The position numbers and the translations under genes are program-made. A stretch of DNA of 11,792 nucleotides from Caecitellus pseudoparvulus (Eukaryota > Protista > Bigyra: Bicosoecida). Below the pieces are notes generated by a model that did no database searches, was not told the DNA's origin, and saw nothing but the letters and a program-made list of their open reading frames with translations. How positions within the stretch are numbered: the first letter of the stretch is position 1; each line of letters starts with the position of its first letter. The stretch lies in assembly GCA_965644315.1 (NCBI GenBank), contig CBFFRQ010000113.1, forward strand, positions 1-11,792, in the 5' to 3' direction. Positions 1 through 5,392 of this stretch are shown piece by piece.

Positions 1-310
1 CGCGACAACGCAGTCACGTGCGCTCACGAGCAGCGCCATGCCACGCCACAGAACTGCACTCACTGTTACTTCGAGTGTTGGAGAGCCAACTTGGCTGTGC
101 TGCAAAGGCCAATGGCGGCTGGCTTGCCAACCACAGCTCGTGCAAGAGTTGACTTGCGGAAATTGACAAGTCGACAATACACGACACAATCACGCAGTGT
201 GCGCCGCAAGAGGAGTCAGACGCAGAGGAGAACCGGGCACAGGACGGTTGGCACAGGTGCGTTGATATAATTGGCTTGGGACGTTTACGCGGCGTGTGGA
301 TTGTGGCAGA
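1..310 (-). promoter_or_regulatory. Copy A of the conserved promoter/5'UTR cassette (CCAAT box, Inr-like motif, GTGAGT donor), pointing left out of the window
   Basis: Collinear with 4367-4680 and ~8210-8540. Shared + strand landmarks: CACTCACTG (57-65; on - strand CA|GTGAGTG, donor G at 63), TGCGGAAATTGA (155-166), GCAGTGTGCGC (194), GTTGGCACAGG (247-257), ATTGG (270-274; CCAAT on - strand). Positions 1-65 align without gaps to 4367-4431. Confidence 0.75.
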
Positions 311-629
311 GCGCAGAGTGTCGCGAACTGTTTGAGGGGGGCTGACTGACGTTGGAGGGAGGGGTGCGGGGACCGCGGTGATGCGGACGGGCTCAAGGCC
401 CAAATTGGCAGTCCCATACAAGGTCATGAACTGCTTAATGGCCTTTGTGGGCATTTATATGCCGGGAAGGCTCACAGACAGCCGAAAAAATGCCGAGAAA
501 GTGCAATGCTGCACCATCCCCGATGCGACGGGCGCATCCCGCCGCGCGTCTCGAGCTGGTGGGCGGCGCAGTGGTCGCCCTCAAGAGTGCCCAGGTGGCT
601 CAAGCCGCTCTCCACAAGCAGCCTCCCCC

Positions 630-1049
630 ATGGCGGCGGCAGCAGCCGCAGCAGCTGGTGCAGCGTCCGAGGCTCTGGAGGGGGATGCCCTGGTCCTTCG
701 CGTGGCCTCCTTCTTCACAGACTTCGGCTCCAACCTGCGCAGCGAGCACCGACAGGCGTCCCTGCAGGAGCTGGAAGACACCCCCGTCGGGAAGGAGCTC
801 GTGACCTCCCTGCAGGAGATCCAAGCCTCCACTGGCCGAGGTGAGGCCCTCATCTCGGAGGCCTTCAAGGTGGCCAAGGATGCCAAGGACGCTCAAGCCC
901 GAGAGGACGCTGCCCTGCTGCTGTCCCTGGCCTGGGCCAAGGACGCCATCACACAGGACGACGTGGTGAGCGGCCTCGCCACCCACCTCGCTGGCTACAA
1001 GGACTTCAAGGCGTACGACTTGCCCAAGGTGGACGTGTACTTGGGAGTG
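630..1049 (+). CDS. Exon 1 of an MA3(MI)+W2-like domain protein (eIF4G C-terminal-like, ~395 aa after splicing)
   Basis: ATG at 630 (CCCATGG), after which codons are strongly GC3-rich. Translation RVASFFTDF..QASLQEL..EALISEAFKVA..AREDAALLLSLAWAKDAITQDDVVSGL..YDLPKVDVYLGV follows the helical pattern of eIF4G/PDCD4 MA3 domains, including the D-[LIV]-P..YL motif. It ends at a GTACGT donor at 1050. Confidence 0.8.
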
Positions 1050-1265
1050 GTACGTGACGCGCACGCCCGGTGTCCGTGTGTGCACTTGCATTGGGATGAC
1101 GATTCGCGTACTTTCTGACACCTCTGTTCTGAGCGGCTTGCCGCCTTGATCTTCACTCCGCGACGAGGCCTACTGACCAAGTGCCGTGCACACACGTCCC
1201 CGCCCGCACCCGCCTGCACCCATGCCGGTCCGCCTCACTCCTTCCGCTCTACCCTCTCCTCGCAG
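1050..1265 (+). other. Spliceosomal intron, 216 nt, phase 0
   Basis: GTACGT donor at 1050. A pyrimidine tract CTCTACCCTCTCCTCGCAG ends at 1265. Removing it joins ORFs 378-1118 and 1146-2033 in frame, deletes the stop at 1116-1118 and restores the MA3 C-terminal helix (DLPKVDVYLGV|LFAPVINNG). Confidence 0.88.
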
Positions 1266-2033
1266 CTCTTCGCCCCCGTCATCAACAACGGCAGCATGCA
1301 CGTGGCCACCCTGGTGCGGCTGTGCAGCATTGGCACCGCATTCTTCGCTGGCTCCGGCTTGGCCCTGCTTGGCACCATGTTGGTGGAGGCCGCCAAGGTG
1401 AACGAAGACGGCCCTCCCGTCACCATCCCGCACGACGTCAGCCTCATGCCACTGGCTGGCCCCTGCACCTTCGACACACGGGGCTTCACCAAGAACATGG
1501 CGGCTGCCCTGCAGTGCGACGCCATTGCCTCGCATCCTGATGCGGCCCACCTGCAGGCTCTGCTGGCATGGCGCCAAGAGTCAGACCGGAAGGGTGCCGA
1601 GGACATCGCCGCCGCATGGAGCACACACCTGTCAGGTGCCAGCGCCCCCGCCGCGGCCAGTGCTCTCCTGCAGCTGGTCGGTGATGCCGGCAACGCTGGC
1701 ATGGGCGGCAATGCCGGTGCCGCAGACGTCGAGCAGGTGCACAAGGTGCAGGCCGCCGTGAAAACCATCGCAGATGCCGGGCGTGCCGCTGGAGCGGAGG
1801 AGTTCGCGGCGTTCCTGCTTGAAGGCACTGGGCGTTACTGCCAACTGGAGGACATGCACAGCGCCGACGCTCGCCCAGCAGTCATGGGGGCCTTCACAGC
1901 GTACTTCCTGGAGCAGGGCATCGTGACCAAGGAAGAGGCTGCCAAGTGGAAGGCCGCCAAGACTGGCGCCTTCCTGTCAGCGGGCCACGCCACCATCGTC
2001 AAGGCTGCACGTGCCGCCATCTCCAAGGCCTGA
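1266..2033 (+). CDS. Exon 2 of the MA3+W2-like protein
   Basis: Open to TGA at 2031-2033 with high GC3. The C-terminus VMGAFTAYFLEQGIVTKEEAAKWKAAK..GHATIVKAA resembles the W2 (eIF4G/eIF5/eIF2B-epsilon) AA-box region, but the terminal W-L-acidic tail is missing. Confidence 0.8.
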   Translation, partial: LFAPVINNGSMHVATLVRLCSIGTAFFAGSGLALLGTMLVEAAKVNEDGPPVTIPHDVSLMPLAGPCTFDTRGFTKNMAAALQCDAIASHPDAAHLQALLAWRQESDRKGAEDIAAAWSTHLSGASAPAAASALLQLVGDAGNAGMGGNAGAADVEQVHKVQAAVKTIADAGRAAGAEEFAAFLLEGTGRYCQLEDMHSADARPAVMGAFTAYFLEQGIVTKEEAAKWKAAKTGAFLSAGHATIVKAARAAISKA

Positions 2034-2259
2034 CACACAGGCACCATTGTGAATGCAACCATTGCGTGGTGATGCGCCAGGCACTGCCTTGCATTACATC
2101 GCCGATCCATCACTCCGCGTCTGTCACCTTGGCCTGGGTGGCCGGCACTGTTGCTGCTGCTGCTGCACTGGGCATACCTGCCACCCATGCCATGTGTGCC
2201 TGGTGCATCATGATGCTGTTTCGCGCACTCAGCGGGCAGGCGGGGTCTGAGCTGGGTCC

Positions 2260-2487
2260 CAGCATGCTGCAAGTAGCAGCAGAGCAGCTGAACAGCCCAG
2301 TTCAATCTCCACAGCAGCATTGCTGCGCGACAGATCTGGGGCAGCAGCTGCGAGTGGCGCGCAGCGGGTGAGGAGTGCAGAGTACCAGGCACGACACAGG
2401 CGTGAGAGACTGGGCGCATGGTGCTGCTTTGCATTCCAACTGCTGTGCTACAACCTGCCTCATTGGTGCCCGTTGGGTCGGCGAGAC
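2260..2487. repeat. 3' flank repeat, copy 1 (downstream of the short paralogue)
   Basis: Direct repeat of 5163-5392 at offset ~2903-2905. Examples: CAGCATGCTGCAAGTAGCAGCAGAGCAGCTGA, GCAGCGGGTGAGGAGTGCAG and TTGGTGCCCGTTGGGTCGGCGAGAC. Confidence 0.92.
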
Positions 2488-2503
2488 TGCTCGCTGGGAG
2501 CCC

Positions 2504-4327
2504 TCACCATGTCAGGGTTGGTGACCTTGAGCCATCGTTGCCGCACCACACTGACCCGTCAGCACGCTTTACAAGGACACCTCCCTTGGGACTCTGCGTC
2601 CTCGCAAAGACAAGAGCCGTGGGCATCTCAGCCTGCTTGCCAAACCCACCACCCCGCATCCACTTAATGATATCAGGGTGCACACCCCCACACAAGCTCT
2701 GGCGGTACACGTGCAGGCTCCCCAGGCCCAGACCACGGGGGTGCAGAGTCAACCACCCAGCATCCAAGGCGGTGTTGATGCACTGCAGGGCAGTCGGAAT
2801 GGTAAGGGCAGGTGCCGGGCGAGCGGCACCGTAGCCTGCTGCAACTGCAGCCTGTCGTGCCTGGCGGGGGATGTTCACTTCCAGGGTACTTTCCAGCTCT
2901 GTCCTGGTCACGGTGTACTGCCCAGAGCGGAAGGTGAGCAGGGTGTCCTTGGCCAGCTGCACTTGCTTGGCATCTGACAGGATCTCGTGGAAGGTATCCA
3001 GCAGAAGTTTGGGCATAGGGACAAGCTGCTCCAAGTCAGCCTCCCCTGCAGCTTCCTCCGTGGCTACTGGCCATGTCCATGGCTCCCGACATGCTTGGAC
3101 AAGCTTGTGTACTGCTTTGATGAGGTCTTGGGGTGTGTGCCCGAACTGCTCCATGATGTGTACCAGGAAAGCGTCCAGCTTCTCTGCAGAGCTTGCTCCA
3201 GCATCCCCCTTCCAGCCCCCCAGGCACAGCTTATCGAGATCCCTCGCCACCCGAAGCGCTGCTTCTGACGGCTGCTGGCCAAGGTGGCGCTGGAAGAGGG
3301 AGAATGTCCTGTCCACTTTCCTGCCCGCGTGTGTGAGGAGGAAGGCCATGAGGGATGTGCCGCTCCAGGCAGGCCCCCCCACGCGAATGTACCTAAGCAA
3401 GGATCCTTTCCAGTTCTTTCGCAGCTCGTGATGTGTGAAATGGGGCGGGAACTCATGAGGCCGCCCGTCGTAAGCGAACAGCTGCTGAGCCCGCTGGAAG
3501 GCTGTGCACAGGACCACGCCAACAGCAGGGTACTCCAACGACAGTAGCCGCCGCAGCTGCGTGCACCACAGATCTACACATTCCCGAGTGAAGTGGTCAC
3601 CCTGGAACAGGCAGTCGGCTTTGTCAATGAGCACAATGACGGCGATGTTGGCTTCTCTCAACACGGCGCTCGCCAGGCACAGGTGACCCGTCGTGCCAGC
3701 ACCAGTCAGAGCTGCACACACCCGACGCGACAGCTCTGCGGAGGCAGCGCTGCCGGTACCGCCTTCTGCTGACACCGCGGCCAGAAGATGCTCCACATTT
3801 ACCGTCTGGCGAGGGCCGCCACGTGCAGAGCTGGCCAGCAGCCGCAGCACCTCCGTGACAGGCGCGTACTCTTTCAGCTTTGAGAGCTTTCCTGCGACTG
3901 ACCCGAGCAGCCACTCATAAAAGCTACTAGTGTCAGACGGCTCACGGGCCCCAAGGTCGATGCTGCAGCACAGGGTGTGCCCGCCACCCGCTCTGGGGTT
4001 CCTCACAACCACCTGCCTTGCAAATGCCTTCTGCAAGCGGGTCTTCCCAACGCCGCTGGGACCTGTCAAGAGGTAGGCCTGGGGCCCTGTGGCCTTACTG
4101 TGCAGTTCCTCCACCATATACGTCAGATTTTGTAAGGCTGGCCGCAGGTGGTCTATGGGCACGAAGGGGTGGGTGGTGTCGGCTGCCATGTCAGCCAACC
4201 AGGCTTTGTCATCCTCGGTCAATGCTTGATATGTGCCTACGCGCTGCCCACCAACACACATCTCCTCAAAGGGACCAGGTTGTTGTGTGCCACGCAGGGG
4301 ATGTGCGAGAGCCGTTGCTTCTTCCAT
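2504..4327 (-). CDS. Short paralogue, 607 aa: P-loop NTPase-like protein lacking the nuclease core, with degenerate Walker B (probable pseudo-ATPase; may be a young pseudogene)
   Basis: Uninterrupted ORF from an ATG 2 nt after a TCACAG acceptor. Walker A GPSGVGKT at 4040-4063. Walker B reads VIVLIDKAD (K codon at 3620-3622). Near-identical to the long copy at a constant offset of 3776. Homology breaks at ~2527 and the ORF stops shortly after. Confidence 0.75.
   Translation of the reverse strand: MEEATALAHPLRGTQQPGPFEEMCVGGQRVGTYQALTEDDKAWLADMAADTTHPFVPIDHLRPALQNLTYMVEELHSKATGPQAYLLTGPSGVGKTRLQKAFARQVVVRNPRAGGGHTLCCSIDLGAREPSDTSSFYEWLLGSVAGKLSKLKEYAPVTEVLRLLASSARGGPRQTVNVEHLLAAVSAEGGTGSAASAELSRRVCAALTGAGTTGHLCLASAVLREANIAVIVLIDKADCLFQGDHFTRECVDLWCTQLRRLLSLEYPAVGVVLCTAFQRAQQLFAYDGRPHEFPPHFTHHELRKNWKGSLLRYIRVGGPAWSGTSLMAFLLTHAGRKVDRTFSLFQRHLGQQPSEAALRVARDLDKLCLGGWKGDAGASSAEKLDAFLVHIMEQFGHTPQDLIKAVHKLVQACREPWTWPVATEEAAGEADLEQLVPMPKLLLDTFHEILSDAKQVQLAKDTLLTFRSGQYTVTRTELESTLEVNIPRQARQAAVAAGYGAARPAPALTIPTALQCINTALDAGWLTLHPRGLGLGSLHVYRQSLCGGVHPDIIKWMRGGGFGKQAEMPTALVFARTQSPKGGVLVKRADGSVWCGNDGSRSPTLTW
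2528..4231. repeat. Duplicated coding block, copy 1 (pairs with 6304-8007)
   Basis: Constant offset of 3776 with no indels seen. Alternative-frame ORFs are also identical (3284-3547 vs 7060-7323; 3693-3920 vs 7469-7696). Confidence 0.95.
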
Positions 4328-4329
4328 AC

Positions 4330-4429
4330 CTGTGAGTCAATGCGAAGATCGTGCTTGTGTCGTTTGCGCGGCAACGCAGGCACGAGCGCCCGCGAGCAGT
4401 GCCACGCCATACCATGAGACCACACTCAC
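4330..4429 (-). other. Predicted 5'UTR intron of the short paralogue (100 nt)
   Basis: On the - strand: CA|GTGAGTG donor at 4429 and TTGACTCACAG|GT-ATG acceptor at 4330. The upstream exon has an in-frame stop near 4470 and no in-frame ATG after it, so it is non-coding. Confidence 0.7.
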
Positions 4430-4680
4430 TGTTGACGCTAAGTGTCGATGTGGATGATTTGCGGTTTAGTCAAAAGAATTGGCCGCAGATTCGCCAGACA
4501 CGGCGCTGATAACGTGTGGCCTGCGGAAATTGAGCAGCCACCAGCTCAAAGCGCAAACGTGCAGTATGCGCAGCGAGAGGGCTAGCCAGTGGCAGGCAGA
4601 GGTGGGAAAGTGAATGTTGGCACAGGCAAAGTGCACAGGATTGGCCGTGGGTAGGTGCGCGACATGTGGAATGTGGCAGG
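4430..4680 (-). promoter_or_regulatory. Copy B of the promoter/5'UTR cassette
   Basis: TGCGGAAATTGA at 4522-4533 (- strand TCAATTTCCGCA), GCAGTATGCGC at 4561, GTTGGCACAGG at 4616 and ATTGG at 4640. Spacing matches copies A and C to within 1-2 nt. Confidence 0.75.
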
Positions 4681-5162
4681 GTGCGGAGTGTTGCTGGGGG
4701 GGGGGGTGGCTATGGCTCGAGGGGGGGGGTGCCGTGAGCGCAGTGAGACAGGTGGGCGCCCTGGCCCACTTGGCAGTCTATGTGCTGCCTCTGGACCGCG
4801 TGGAGGGCATGCTGATCGTTGATTGGTCGGGGAGGTGCACCTCCAGCCAGGGTGCGGCTGGCACTTCCGGGAGGCGGGTGCGGCAGGCCAAGGCACCTGT
4901 CACATGGGCAGGGTGTGTGCGGCTGAGTGAGGGATCCCATGGTGCAGCTTCAGTCTCCCTCGCGTGCACTGGGACCGTGCTGAACCCCTGCTTGGTCATG
5001 TGGGTTGTACAGACGGTGTGTGTGTGTGCCAGTCAGTGCGAGTTGGGTACCGGGCGACTGGACTGCTCTTGACCCCCTGACTGCAGAAGCCTTCCTGCAG
5101 AGTGCCGGGTGTTAGAGGCTACGTCGCGCACCCAGTGGGCGGGTGGAGTCCCAGGAGGGTTC

Positions 5163-5392
5163 CAGCATGCTGCAAGTAGCAGCAGAGCAGCTGAGCAGCC
5201 CAGTTCAATCTCCACAGCAGCTGTGTCGCGCGACAGATCTGGGTCAGCAGCTGTGAGTGGCCTGCAGCGGGTGAGGAGTGCAGGGTACAAGGCACGGCCC
5301 CAGCGTGAGAGACTGGGTGCACATGGTGCTGCTTTGCATTCCATCTGCCGCGCTACAGCCTGCCTCGTTGGTGCCCGTTGGGTCGGCGAGAC
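5163..5392. repeat. 3' flank repeat, copy 2 (end and downstream of the long paralogue)
   Basis: Direct repeat of 2260-2487. It includes the long ORF's stop codon at 5353-5355. Confidence 0.92.

Noticed and set aside
378-629. N-terminal extension of ORF 378-1118
   Set aside because: Arg/Ser/Gly-rich and not protein-like, without the GC3 bias that begins at ATG 630. More likely promoter/5'UTR.
2528-4231. Duplication as a pure assembly artefact (two haplotypes placed in tandem)
   Set aside because: The copies have different headers, introns and promoters, dense divergent patches and a large deletion, which is too different for ordinary alleles. Long reads are still needed for certainty.
4696-4729. 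G11 and G9 homopolymers (possible G-quadruplex), plus a short TG microsatellite near 5016-5028
   Set aside because: Not conserved in the other cassette copies. Ordinary intergenic low-complexity sequence.
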